DNA of 64,000 nucleotides from Kudoa neothunni (Eukaryota; Animalia; Cnidaria), in contig OZ199840.1 of NCBI GenBank assembly GCA_964304625.1, positions 177,795 to 241,794 of the forward strand, in the 5' to 3' direction. The notes beneath the pieces are model-generated. The model did no database searches. It was given only the letters and a program-made list of their open reading frames with translations, and had not been told where the DNA came from. The translations under genes and the position numbers were made by a program. Below, piece by piece: positions 37,431 through 51,264 of the stretch; the stretch's first letter is position 1; every line of letters begins with the position of its first letter.

Positions 37431-40400
37431 TTAATCTCTTTTCTTCTTCAATACCACGATGCCAACTATTGCAATAACCATAACCACAGCAACGCATGCA
37501 ATAATAATTCTAAAATCAGTTAATTCAAATATCAGCATTTAAAAATGTTTACATTAGTTTGGTTTTATTCCTAAAAAATATTAAATTTGATAAAAGCATA
37601 TTATTAAGCTCACCCTGAACTACTCTTTGCTCCTACGATATATAACATTAAATTACACTGTGAACAAATAATATACCTTGTTGTATGTCAGCACCGCCAA
37701 AAATTGTATCATCTTCAACACTGTAAACAGTCAAATAATAATCATTTCCATCAGGTAAATTATTTATTTTGAATTCTTTACAGGTCACAAAGGCAGCACA
37801 TCTGTCTACGTTTTTTCTCATGCAAGATTTTACCACCGCATTAGACTTGACACTACTGTTACGTAACTCCCATCTGCATTTTGATTTATCGTTCATACTG
37901 GATGGAACTGTGGTGGTTACAATGAAACTGTCCCCATCACGTGTAATGACGACTGATATCAATTTTGAGGAGTCAGTTGGGTTTAATTGTGGTGCAGCTA
38001 ATACAAGTTTCGTTTAAAAAATTCTTAATAGAGACATTAATTGTAATACTTGATTCTATAATATGCTCTTTTTGTGAAGATTTTCCAATAGCTGTGACTA
38101 AAATTTTGTATGTATTTGCTGCTTCATACTCGGGAAATGTTATGGAACTGCAAAGGGGGTTTGAAGAACATGTGTTTGCGCTGTTCGCGACATCAGCAAG
38201 CTGTGTATCTGAAGTATCCGGAACTGAAGATTTCGCTATTGTCATTGGGCCACCATCTGCTACCATTGGCACAGCAATTCTAGCTATGTTGAGATCTGCG
38301 GAACTTAAACTAGGAGGGGCAGCTAAAGGGGGTGCTGGTGCTACTGGGGCGGTAACAGGTGTCGTTACTTTCGGCACCACAGGACATGTGTAATAGTCTG
38401 TGTAATCGTTACCAGTCTTCTTTTGTACGACATAACTGCAAGTTGCAGTTGGATCCACGGAATTTAATCGTGCCTTCAATGACAAACCATCCAATGTGAT
38501 CTTATGTGTTATCGTTAATGTTGTTAATGCTATTAAGAATTTAAAGAGTAAATTATAATTTCAATAACCTGTTTGTATATTTGTGTAATCTTTTATGTCG
38601 TAATCCTTATGTGCAATCACCCTGATATCATAAGGTTTGTTTGGCTCGAGGTCTTCTATCGTAACTTGTTCACTGCAAATTCCTCTACATGGGGTGTTGC
38701 CATTGCATTTCGCGTGGAAAAAGCTATCTAATCCGGTTGGACTTATTAAATACTCACATGTAGGTTCATCTTTCTTTTGATCATTTGTAGCTGCGGTAGT
38801 AGCTATAGCTGTAAGAGAGACTGTCGTGTCTGTCTTTGTTGATGCGGTAGCTGAAAATGATTTGCTTGCTTCTTTTTCTTTATAATTCATTATTTTTTAA
38901 TATAAGTATGATGATTTACTTGTTCTTATGAATATATTTTCTTTATAATTCGTTGAAACACCATTTACTTCTAATGTGATCTCAATCATGTACGCTTTTC
39001 CCGGTGTAAGTCTTTGAATCACCAATTTTGTTGTGCAATCAGTTTTGCAACTGCCACTTTCTGTACTGGTATTATCGCATGTTGTTGTTGTTAAGGTGTC
39101 TGGTTTGATTTTGTCTGCTAAATAATGTTTAAGAGTACATTTATTAATTATTGGATCAGTTGTTCTTTTAAACAGGACAATATCAAACGACACTCCCTCA
39201 TGTGTGTATTCTGACAGGAATCCTGAAGTTGGTTCAGTAATTGCTAAATAAAATAAGAAAAAAATGCATATTAATATAAGGGTTACCAATTTTAGTTTGC
39301 TCGTAACCTATCAAATTACCACTAGCAGGTTTTATGTCGTGATGCCTTGTTTGGATTAAAATTTTATAAATCTTTTTATCCGTGATACCATTAAGTTCGA
39401 CGTACTTACATGGGGGCGTAACAATCTTTACCGGCACCACCACAAACGGACGTATATGATTGATCAGTTGCTGTATTCAAACCATCTTTTAGACGGAACA
39501 AACATATTTCAGATGATAGGGAATTGGTAAACTTAACTCCGACTTTTCCTTCGGTTTTTTCTACAATATAAAACTGAGGCTCATACATGGCTATTTTTTC
39601 CTTCATATATTGATTGGGCATATTGTAAAAGAAACCGGGATATTTTTCGCACCTCACCTCGTAATGCGGTAACAATAAATCAAAGTCAATTGCATTTGCT
39701 GTATTATAATTAACACAGTCTTCCCCCTTGGTACCATCTGCATATTTAATATCCTTATAATAAATAGGACAATCTACTGGTGCACATGTTTTTGCTGCCA
39801 ATTTCAGTTTATTTGCATCGGCAGTACCTGTAACCATAGACACGCTAATTAGTGGACTAGCCAATAATGCTAAATTAAATTTCTTTCTATGATAAGTTAA
39901 ATTTATTTACGTATTGAATATCCGAACACTTTTGATCCAGCTCCACTAACTGCATTTTGAACATTAGCTGTTTCAATGTCAACATAAACATGTATGTATT
40001 TGGTTCTCGGTGACATCTTTTTGTAATCAAAGGTATTCGTATCAGTTTCACAGTCGACGACACATTTATTATTTTCAGCATCACTAACCTTAGCATTGCA
40101 GTTGTCGATGTTGGTAAACGCAGCTGGTGTCGTATTCGCAGCATTCGCTGCAATTTCTACTTCGTTTGATCGCCTTATAAGGCATTTTTTGCCAGCTCCA
40201 TATTCAGAGCCTTCAAGTTTGATTTTAATTTCGTATGTGCTATCAGATGCTTTTTTAACAATCTGATATTTCAGAGTTTTATTTGGCGCTTCAGCTGCAG
40301 GAACAGCCGCAACTGCACCTGGAGGACTTGATATTACAACAGTATTTGCTATACCTGATATTAAAACACCTAAACTTACATTGGTATTAAAATTAACTCA

Positions 40401-40443
40401 GGAAGATACCTAAAACAAGGTAGAGAAATCCAGCTATTTTCAT
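37431..40443 (-). CDS. Family copy D; intact except one +1 frameshift in a homopolymer in exon 3
   Basis: ATG 40443 (MKIAGFLYLVLG|VLISG). Exon ORFs 39406-39864/39234-39443, 38897-39289, 38561-38890, 37973-38494 and 37648-37962. Same micro-exons and TM-KKKRD*. G5 at 39412-39416 turns CYAPCK into CYAPM*. Confidence 0.85.
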
Positions 40444-40647
40444 GGTTGACAATTAAATGAGCTACCAATTGATGGTTCGGAATACAATTGACCCGAATTC
40501 CACTCATCTGTGGATATAATAATTCATTCATTGTCAGATAGCAAAACTTATGCTAGACAATAATTATTCAAGTTATTAAAAAATTTATCTAAACCAATTT
40601 TTTACCATCTAGCTCAAATCGGTGTGGTAGATTAATTACGACTTTAA

Positions 40648-42367
40648 CCCTCGAAGGACCGACCGTGCTGAAAAAACTTACGAGTGTAACAATGGGAATA
40701 CCTCAGGTATCCCAGGTATTTTCTATGATAGCGATTGTATTCCCTCTTAATCTTTTTTAATCACAAAGAGTAAATTTATGGCTATTAAAAAAGTACTTGA
40801 ATAATTAGACTAATAAGTGAATCAATTTAAAATTTCTAGAACATTTCAATAAGCGTTACCTATATTATCTCTTACAATCCATCTTATTGTTAAATAATAA
40901 GATAGAACCACCTAATCAAATCCGTTTCTATCGGTAGGAAATAAAATTAATGCTTATTAGTTCTTTTTTCACAAATAATAGGACAACCCTAACGAACCGC
41001 ATGATTTACGCATACGGTTGACCTCGGTAATCTATACGTTGATTGGTAGATTATATTTGATCTAATTCACTGAACGGAATAAAAATGTTATGGTCCAAGT
41101 TTTGATTAATGTTTATTTTAGGGGTTTCTTGTTAAGCTATATTTTCCCAAAATTAGTTAATTCTTTCCTCTATGAAATTAATTTCGCGCCACCCTAATTA
41201 ATCCTCCCGGGACCATGCGGGGTCTTTCGAGATCCCATTTTCTTAAATCTGTGTTTTTACTTATCAAAATTCTAAATTCTAACTTATAGGTTCGTGTAAT
41301 CTCCTATAATTATGTCGATTTTGTTTATATTATCTTTTGTAAAAAAGAGACGACATATATTCTGGTAAAAATATGTTCAATGTGTCGTCGGTTTATTAAC
41401 ACGCCTTAAAAATCATGTCTTAAGCGAATTATCAAATTTTATCTTATTATATAGAAATAGAGTAATTATAATGATAGGAGTGAACACAAAAATACAAGGA
41501 GAACTTTTCGGTTTTGATTTCCCTCATGTTGTATAATAGAATTCCGATGATGTCAAAGGATAATTTTAGGGATTCACATTAATAATTACCAAAACGTGTT
41601 AATTCTCAATAATTAAGGGTGGTATCATATTTTTGATATGTTTTTATAACATTCATTAATGATCATAATTTATTAAAATATGACGCTTCAATTCGTCCTA
41701 AAACGCCCATATATATTTCCATTCTATATTCAATATTATCATAATGGATTAAATTATGCAATTTCGATTCATCTTAAAATATTTGATTAGTGTGGCGCAA
41801 AAGTAATTGAATGAAGAAAAGAATGTACTAATTTTGAGAAAATAGGCTAAAATGCAGTTTAGCCGAGAAAATATAACAATAAAAAACCCGCAAAATAAAC
41901 ATTAATTAAAACTTGAACCATAGCGTACATTTTTATTCCGTTCAGTGAATTAGATCAAATATTATCCACCAATCAACGTAGAAATTACCGAGGCCAACCG
42001 TGTGTGTAACCCTGTGGATGCATTGCCGTTTGTGTTATTATTCGCGAAAAGAATAACTAGGAAGCATTTATTTTATCTTCTGCCGATCGAAAATAATTTG
42101 ATGTATTCGCATCTATCTCATAACTTAGAAATTAGATAGATTGTAAGAGATTATGTTGGTAATGCTTATTGAAATGTTCTTGAAATTTCCTATTGATTCA
42201 TTTATTAATTTGATTATTCGGATATCATTTTGAATATTCATAAATATACTATTTGTAGATTTAAAAAATAAAGAGAAAATACAATCGCTATCATAGAAAA
42301 CTTATGGAATACCTGAGATACCCCCATGGTTACTCACGTAAGTTTTTTGAGTACGGTCCTTCGAGGG
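40648..42367. mobile_element. Non-autonomous piggyBac-type foldback element with ~550-bp inverted arms
   Basis: TTAA 40644-40647 and 42368-42371; TIR ccctcgaaggaccg. 40648-~41200 is an imperfect reverse complement of ~41785-42367 (e.g. tttgatctaattcactgaacggaataaaaatgt). No ORF. Confidence 0.88.
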
Positions 42368-42439
42368 TTAATGGATGTAGTAGGAATATAAAGCAAAAAA
42401 TATCAAAAAGAGTGAATGTTTCACTGTCACTTATCTTAA

Positions 42440-42880
42440 ATAGGGGTTAACTTCCATCAGTTTTAATTGGTAAATTTCAAAATCCTGGGTGTTTTGACTG
42501 ATTTAAACTTCTGCCGCATGAGTATTATTCAAAAAAACACAAGGATGATGTGTAGTAGATTTATAAACATAATTAGAAAGTTGGATCAAAGAATGATAGA
42601 TGAGAGCAGAAAAGTTTTAATTTTGTTGGATTAATATCCTCTTCATCCCAAAAAATATTGATTTTTTTCAAATATCGAAATTATTTCCTGCAAAAAAAAA
42701 ACAACTGATGTTCTATCAACCTTAATTAAAGCATCATCAAATGCATTAAAAGTAAGGCAGGAATACACTGGCCAAACACACGGTTTTATGTGATGCTTTT
42801 ATCACCGAAAAATAAACATTACCAGATTCAACCATGCCAATAACAAAACTTTGGGAGAGAATTACGCCAAAAACAATTCA
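42440..42880 (+). mobile_element. Decayed pogo/Tigger transposase fragment
   Basis: Remnant motifs IGKFQNPGCF, RKVLILLD and TTDVL, with many stops and frameshifts. Confidence 0.55.
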
Positions 42881-43256
42881 CAAAGAAATATTTTATGTAT
42901 ACATAATTAATCTTTTTAAATGAATTCGAAGTTTACGAAAATATATTTGACGATGATAACGCTGCAACGTGTGAGAATCGAAATAATGACAGACTTTTTT
43001 ATAATGGGTTTTTTATAATAAATATTGACAAACGAAGGTTTGTCAATATTGAAGGTGTCAAAAACGAGGATGTAGAGATAGGCTAAGAACATTTCCGGCA
43101 AAACAGATAGAGAGGTTGGATACGTTAGGTTTTCATAATCAATTAGTATCCGAGGAAGAAAGAAACAAGCAATTTTTCAAGGATAAAATCAATGTCGTGA
43201 CCGATTATTTAGTTATTTATTTATCTACTGCGTATGCAATAGGCGGAATTTAAAAC

Positions 43257-43796
43257 TTGTTCAATTGGTGTTTCTCTCAGCAGCAAATTATAGTTAAAAC
43301 CAAACTAATAACTACAATCAAGCATATCGCAGAAAATACCGTATATCCAATCAATAAAGTATATGATATTGCAACTAATCAAGAAGATTTCCAAAAATTG
43401 CTAAATATTCCCAAAAAGTCCGTTTATCAAGTGATTGGGGATATAAGAAAACGAAAGAGCATTGATTTAAATCCTGAGAAAAATCTTTGCGGATCGATAA
43501 TGACCTTAAGAAACATAAATTTTTGTATATACGATTCTGGATCTGAGGGTAGTAATAGAATTATTATTTTTGCAACAGAAGAAAATCTTTCGCACTTAAA
43601 ACATTCCAAATTCTGGGTTTGCGACGGAACGTTCAAGGTTGTTCCGAAAACGTTCTTCCAAATGTACACAATTCATGGTCGCGTTTTTAACAAACTTTCT
43701 TACCTATTACATACAAAACCCCTTATCTTTGACAAATTCGTTATCGCATGCGCCTTTAGCCACCCATGGGTTTATATTACGGGTTTTTTACTTTAG
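43257..43796 (+). mobile_element. MULE (Mutator-like) transposase fragment
   Basis: RIIIFATEENLSHLKHSKFWVCDGTFKVVPKTFFQMYTIHG is the typical first-catalytic-Asp region of MULE transposases; truncated afterwards. Confidence 0.85.
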
Positions 43797-46775
43797 CGTA
43801 CGTATATAGATCTGTATTCTTGTAGCTGCAATAAAATTATTTTATTTTAGTTAATGAATTTTTTATATGGCGTTTATATTAGTTTCCTGTGTTTTATTTC
43901 ATGATAATACTTTTCTCATCGATCTACAAATTAAATTTTACAACCAACTACACAAACATATATACATTATTTTAAGTATTTTTAGGGTTAAAATAAATAC
44001 CTTAAACATGATTAAAATTAACTACATGTCAAACAAATAAATCTATAATTACCCAAGAAACTCAATTCATGTCTTAAAACTAAATGCAACATTTATTTAT
44101 AAACAACATAACCGCTTTTTCGCACATATACACATATATTCATTAATTAATCGGGCATGTTTTTACATATTCTGTATGCTAGGAAATGTAAACAAATATA
44201 TAAATTTAAATTATCGATGGAATGATAAACCTTTTTAAAATTTACAGATCAGAATTGTAGATTCTGCTTCAATTCCTTTGTTTTCCATTCGCTTGCATTT
44301 CATTTTTGACTGCTGTATTGAGTAGGATTGAAGATGTAATTGTGTCTTATGAAATTGGCTTACCTTATATAAAATGGAAATAATATCCCAAAAGGTTCAT
44401 CAAAAAATGACTATTCCTGTAAATGATAAGGTTAGCAAATTGTAAACTTGAACTTAGCTTTCTGGACAATGCTTAAACAAAACAAAAATTTGATGGGAAT
44501 GTTAAATTTAATTTATTCTTAAAACTGATTTATTTCAAGTTTTAAATCTCTATTTATCTTATTAAATCAAAACAAAAAATATTAAACTATTAACGAATGT
44601 GTTAAATTACCGTTATAGTTAATTAAATTAGAAAAAATATAAATTTAAGAAATCATGAATTTTTTGTTGAAAACTTTTAAATTATTCAATAGGATTCGGT
44701 AATAACTAAGTTAAGTAGTTACCATAAATTTGTGCCGAGGATAGTTATAGTTGTATTATCTTCTTTCTATAGTGTTGACAGAAATTAAAGACGAGTTGAT
44801 GGAAGATGGCGTCAAATGTAATATTCAATGGTTTTAACAGATTATAAATCCGACCTAGAGATTGATATTGACTTTTTAAATAAAATAATGAATTTATTAG
44901 ATACAAGCACAAATAATACATTTCAAATGTTTAATAATGTTAAAAAACGTAATATTTTAATAAATAGTTGGTTATTAGTATGTGGATATATATTTTAAAA
45001 AAGTATCAAACATTATATATTCTTAAAGTGTGCATAAAATTACAAAAATTGGTCCGCGTTGCATTTTAAGTATTTTTTGTCGAAGATAAAACAGGAAATC
45101 GGTTACATACTGTTTTAACCCTTATAATTCACTTTATGGGGAATAGTCATAAGAATTTATTCAAAAATTGTACCACAAAAATTAATAAATCTCATCGCTG
45201 GTAAATGCAGAATTCAAAGTGCAGTTTAATGATTAGAAATAATTAACAAATTATAATATTGTTACGTGCATAAAAATTTTACTTACTAATTGTACATGAT
45301 ATGGTTTATATAAACTTAAATAATAATATAAGAAGTATAGGAAACATTTAAAAAATGCATGTATATTACTATCGTATTTTTATTAGGTGAAAACAAAATA
45401 GATCGAAAAATTGTGGTATTGATTTTAATTTATTATAATCATATTATCTATTATCGTTAATCATTTGTTAAAGCTTGCATCATATTAAATATACAATATA
45501 AATTGTATATAACTTTTATTCCTTAACATCTTTCGTATATTATTATTAAATCTTAAGACTCAGGATAAAATTAAATTCACCCTCTCATATATATAATACT
45601 AAATGCCAAAAAATAAAAATAAAAACTTTATGGGATTAATTTTTAATTTTCATGTTTCTATTATGGTGAGTAAGTTGGATTTAAATATTATAAAAAAGAA
45701 CTAAATGATGCCGGCTTATAAGCAATGGTTTTGGCAATCAGTGTTTATATGCCACCAAAAATAAGTGATAATATTTACATACTTTCCATCAGTTTTAAGC
45801 ATTAAAATGATAACCGATTTAAATACAAATTCTACAATAGGAATATGAATTTTATTTTATATTGAAAACACACAAAAGCAAATAGCAACGCATATCATTG
45901 AGAAAAGAAAAGGTATGCATACGTGTCAACTGATCTATTATAATACACCAATTATACATTAAAAATAAGAATATCTATAATATAATTGATTAATGTACGT
46001 AGTTATTACATAACTATAATTTAAACCTACAAAAAGACTAAATAAAAAGAAACTTGGCAGGCGGATCTAGCGTAGAAATAGAAGGAAGCTTAAATTTACG
46101 AAAGGTAATATTTTTTCCCTCCTGTTTAGTATACTTTAATAAAATCAATAAATTTATATTTTGGTTTTATTATTTCCTCATTATTAAATTTTCCAGTCAT
46201 TATAAATGTAAAAAAAAGCACACCACTAAATCCACATGTAGCTGAACAATTACGGGAAATCGGTTAAGCGCCAATAATAGGAAAGACCACTATCCAGAGT
46301 TCAATTTTTAAAAAAGTTGTAAAATATTATTAAACGACAAATAAAATATATAGCTTAAAATATTAAAATAATATTTTAAGGGAAATAAGTCTGAAATTAC
46401 CGAAAATCTTTCATTACAGAAAATAGGTTACCTACTGTATAACCAAGACCGTTTGAATTACAAAATAGGATTTTAAGAAATAGACATAAAAAGCACGTAG
46501 TTGCAATGAATTGCAGTTTTACTAATCAATTATGACAATTAAAAAAATTTAGAAGTCAATTAGTTTTTGATGACCACCGATTAGTATTAATTTTTTTAAA
46601 ATATATTGCCTCACAATAGAAAGAGAAAGGTCGATGACTTTAGATCTATGGGTTAGGTGCTATGATTCTAATTATATTGGAAGAAAATAGAACAGGACCA
46701 CTATGGTTCTGTTCAGGTATTCGAATGTTAATTTAGGCATTGGCTATTTTACAGGTACCTAGTAATCCCCTAGCA

Positions 46776-48197
46776 CAGGGTTTCCCTATAGGGGGTGCAT
46801 GAAGCAATCACTGGGGTTGCGAGAGCGCCCCATGATGAATTAAGAATTTAAGCCCGACTATATGAATGAAAGAAAAACTTGAGTTCAGAAATTTAGTTTG
46901 AAGCTACCGTATTTAATTAAATATCACATAATGGAATATTTTGTTGATGAAATAATCTAATAATAACAGATTTTATATAGTGCACTTTCCATTTAAATCA
47001 TTCTATCTTTTAAAATCAAATAAATTTATAATTCAAAAATCGTTACTTATTTACCAAAAACTTATTAATTACTAATAAAATACTGTCAACTTGTATCTTG
47101 GAGTATGAAGACGTTGACAAATTTTAACATAATGCTGTGTATTTAATGAGCGAATTAACATCGCCTACGCGTCATCATGGTTGCTTCCCAAAAGGTTAGA
47201 AAATGGAATGAGGATTATACTCGGTATGTCTTCAGAAGAGTTACATTGTAGGTAAGATATCATGAATAATACCATGTATCACATAAATAAATTGAAATTA
47301 TCCTTTTATGGTTATTATTCTCCCGACCAGTTACAAGATTCTGATATTTGGATTGTTGATCCATTTTCATTTAATGTTGATAATATGAATAATGATGATA
47401 ATGATACTGAGGAATTAATAGATTTTCAGGAAAACTACACAATGAAGTTGAGTTACAATGATATCCACTTGAGAACTTTTTGTGCAATGCCCAATGCAGT
47501 TAACCGTCTCTTGCAAAATGAGCATTGGAAATTCTTATCCCATTCGCAACGACCTGGTTGTGCGAGTCAAGATTTTCATCTTTGTTGTATTTAAAAAATA
47601 AATATAGAAATTTACTGAATCCAGAAAATGATTTACACATCGCATTGACAAATGTAGTACCTCGATTTGAATTATTAGTGGAAGAACGCCAATAGAGGGA
47701 AAGCCGATAAATCAAAATTAAACTCAATAGTTTTTAAATATGTTATCATTTTTTTGAATTTTGGTCTCTTATATGCTTATTAAAGTGACTGAATTTGATA
47801 TCAAACTTTATATATTACCTAGATATCTGTCTATACGTAATATTTTATTAATTGTTTTATAAAATAAATAAATAAATTTTTTATTAATAATGTTATATAA
47901 AATAGAAATTTTATAAGTTTTGGCTTTCTTTTTAAAATGTATGATTATCATAGGAATGCTTTTTTTAATTTTATTCATAAAGTAGTAGCGATTAATCGAC
48001 TAAGCTCACGAAAATTATTTTAATATATTTCTTTAAAAATTACAAAATTAAAATGCATTATTTGGAATATAAACTTAAAGTAAAAAAAAGGAAACACAAA
48101 TTTACCATTAATATTTTTATAAATATTAACATAGGGGTGCGAGAGTGAACTTGATAATCGTTTGGGGGTGTGGGGAAAAAATAAAAGGGAAACGCTG
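46776..48197 (+). mobile_element. Non-autonomous hAT (Buster-type) element, copy 2
   Basis: TIRs cagggtttccc / gggaaacgctg. 8-bp TSD ccctagca / ccctagcg with central TA (Buster target pattern). Inverted copy of 1367-2773. Confidence 0.88.
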
Positions 48198-49089
48198 CCC
48201 TAGCGGAACTGGTTATTTCGCAGACAGTGAATATCTCTAAAAATAACAAGTCGAGTTTATCGAACATTTATATATCAACCCTCTAATATATTAAAATTCA
48301 ATTAGACTCCGATGAATTTGGAGTTAATTTAATCTATCAAGATGAATTGTTTGTACATTCTTAATCATAAACAGACGTTTATATGTAACCTTATAAACGT
48401 AGTAAAATCTTAATAAAAAGACAATTTTTATTTAATTTAGTGAATAGGTTTTAATACATTTCCATTTTTCGGATATAATGGTTTTAGTTTTTTTAATCAA
48501 CTTAATATTTATTTGTCAAATCCCGATTTATAAATGATCATGTTAAAATTATTTTTACATAAATTAACAAAAAATTTTGTTTAATCAACTGTTATATTAA
48601 AAAGAATTTCCATAATGTTTTATTAGTTCACATAATTTTATTTTATATGATGTATTAATTCAGAATTATCGTCCTCAAAACGTTAAATTTAATGGAAAAT
48701 CGGTATAGTTTTAAATCTAAATAATAAAAAAAATTGGTATGATATTTCACGGAGGTTTTCTTATTTCTAAGCTACTACTACGGGAAAATTTTCAATCTTA
48801 TTATTGTTTTTAACAACGAAAGATATACTCGATTAATTGATAATAATAGTTCCAACACGATTAAGAATCAAATTTTGAATATTATTAAACACGAATTACT
48901 TAATACAACTGTAATCCATCTTTTCTATTCGGAAGTTCAATTAAGCTGAACATTAAGTTTTACTTACCTACCTTCATCCATATCATTTCAATCTTCATAC
49001 CTCTTTCTTATCTCACTAGTAATTCAATATTATAAAAACCTCATCCTCAATAATTTTAGAAAGTCAAAAATATGACTTTCGTAATGAAA

Positions 49090-50461
49090 AAAACTATAGA
49101 ATACCATTAAGATTATATCCTATAAGCTATTATCTTGATAAAACGACAGCTGCTTGCAAAAAATTTGAGTACAGTGGGCCGGTGGGACTACCTTCAATAA
49201 CTTCCCGTCGTTAGAAGAATGCAACAAAGAATGTACTTAAAATTAATTTTACACTCCTACAATAATTCTTTTGAATATGACTACGCTAGTCGCGTTGATG
49301 TTTGCACAGCTGATCTTCAAGTCGATGGGACAAACGACTTCAATGTATATGAAAAAACTCAAGTAAACAGATATTATTTCAAGAGAGCTTCCGGTGGTGG
49401 TACAGGAGAATGCAAAACATATAATTATAAGGGATGTAATGAGCCAAATACTCATTTCCAAGTGGGGACGCATGTAATGGCAACTGTATAAGTAATTAAT
49501 TATTTATTTTTACTGTTATTAATCGAAAATGCAACTAATTAATCTCAAAAAATACTTAACAGAGTTGATTGCCAAGCGTGAGTTATGTTGAACTCCGCTG
49601 CAACTGGTACCGAAAGAGAAATCAAGATCGTAAGGGACAAGGAAAAGTCCACTTGTGTTCATGCGATTGTAAACAAAAGAGATGGATTACGTGGAGTCTT
49701 TGATTTATTTTCTCAATGCCAAAAGAAGTGTCAGGGTAACTCTAAAAATTAAAATATATGAACTCAGTATGTAAATTTAGCTGATGACGCGGCTATTAAA
49801 AGATGCAAATATGACCCATACCAACCAACCACCGAAGGGCACATGACAACCAAATATTATTATAATTCTACAAACCAGTTATGTATGCAAATGATGGCTG
49901 TTGATATTGAAGTAGATTCAACCAAAAATTGTTTCGATACAGCTGGAGAATGTATTAGTGCCTGTCCAGCTCGTATGTTTCTGTTATAACCTAAAATTAT
50001 ATTATTTAATTTTTAAAGTTAACGACGATCCAACAGAAACCAATTTTCCCGATATATCCCCCGTATGCAGCGAACCAAAAGAATCTGGTAATGGAAATGA
50101 AGCAAGCACACTACCAAGATGGTACTATAATGATACACAAAAGGCGTGTAAACGATTTGCATATACTGGAATTGGTGGAAAAGCGAACAACTTTAAAAGC
50201 GAAGCTCTTTGCGATTACCTTTGCATTGAAGGAATGACTGAAATTACTTTACCCGAACTAACAACTACCCCGGTACCTACAACTGAGACTACAACAACTT
50301 CTACAAGTGACGACGAATCTGAATCAACCTCTTCCGATACCCCTCCTGACTCACAAGTGGCTGAGGATATCGATAACCATGAAGATAAAACAAGTGAGCA
50401 CCAGCCCGCTGAAGCAGGGGAGGAAACCGAACAGCTGGATAATGCCCAACATACGATATAA
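49090..50461 (+). pseudogene. Multi-domain (about 5) Kunitz/BPTI-like protein with Thr/Ser/acidic tail; several indels and a stop; 5' end not identified
   Basis: Last exon CSEPKESGNGNEASTLPRWYYNDTQKACKRFAYTGIGGKANNFKSEALCDYLC. Upstream exons give YYLDKTTAACKKFEYSG..NNFPSLEECNKEC, RYYFK..ECKTYNYKGC..HF..GDACNGNC, TCVHAIV..VFDLFSQCQKKC and KYYYNSTNQLC..NCFDTAGECISAC, separated by short GT-AG introns. Confidence 0.75.
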
Positions 50462-51264
50462 CCTTATGAAATAAATACTTCCGAAGTAAAATATTTTACA
50501 GAATATTTTTGTAATTTATTAGTAAACATATAAATATTTAATGATATATTAGTTATTATATTTATTGATAACTTTATTTTATAGTGTGTGAATAGGTCTA
50601 ATTATTTTGTCATTTGAATATCATCCAATTAGTCAAACATTTTCTTAGAAAATTTAAACTAAGTTTATATTTTGAATATGCACAATTACTTTTATATAAT
50701 TCTTTGCAAAAAAGCCAGAAATACTATAATGGAACTATAATTTTGTCAAATAATTACTAAAAAATAATTTCTTAATTTATAAAAATTTATTTTGTATCAA
50801 ATTATAAAAAACAAATTCCAATTATACGTCGTCTAAATAATAAAGAATAATCAAATTTTACGGCGCTCCTAGTTTGCGCGTGAGTTATAAAAGGTTGTAG
50901 AATACACTAGTTATTAGAATTTTCAACTTAATAATATTAACGACATATTATCATTAAAATCTTATTCGCTTGAAAGAAGAAATTTGTCGTTAACTATAAG
51001 TACGTTAGAAATATACGAGGATTTTATTTTTGTAGGCATATTTTCAGTTGCATCATAGTTACTTCTTATACTACATCGATTATTTTAAGCGGTGGTTTAT
51101 TATTGTCAATTTATTGCGAAAAAGATGAATAATTAATCTAATGTCTTAAAAGGAGGAGAATTTTTAATTCTGACAATTTCTAAAATAAGGAGTAAAATCA
51201 ATTTATTGGATTTTCTCATTTTAAAATTATTATAGCTATTGATCGATTCAATTCTACTCTACAT

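Noticed and set aside
43800-46770. Possible gene in the long AT-rich stretch
   Set aside because: No convincing ORF, exon chain or repeat structure could be supported.
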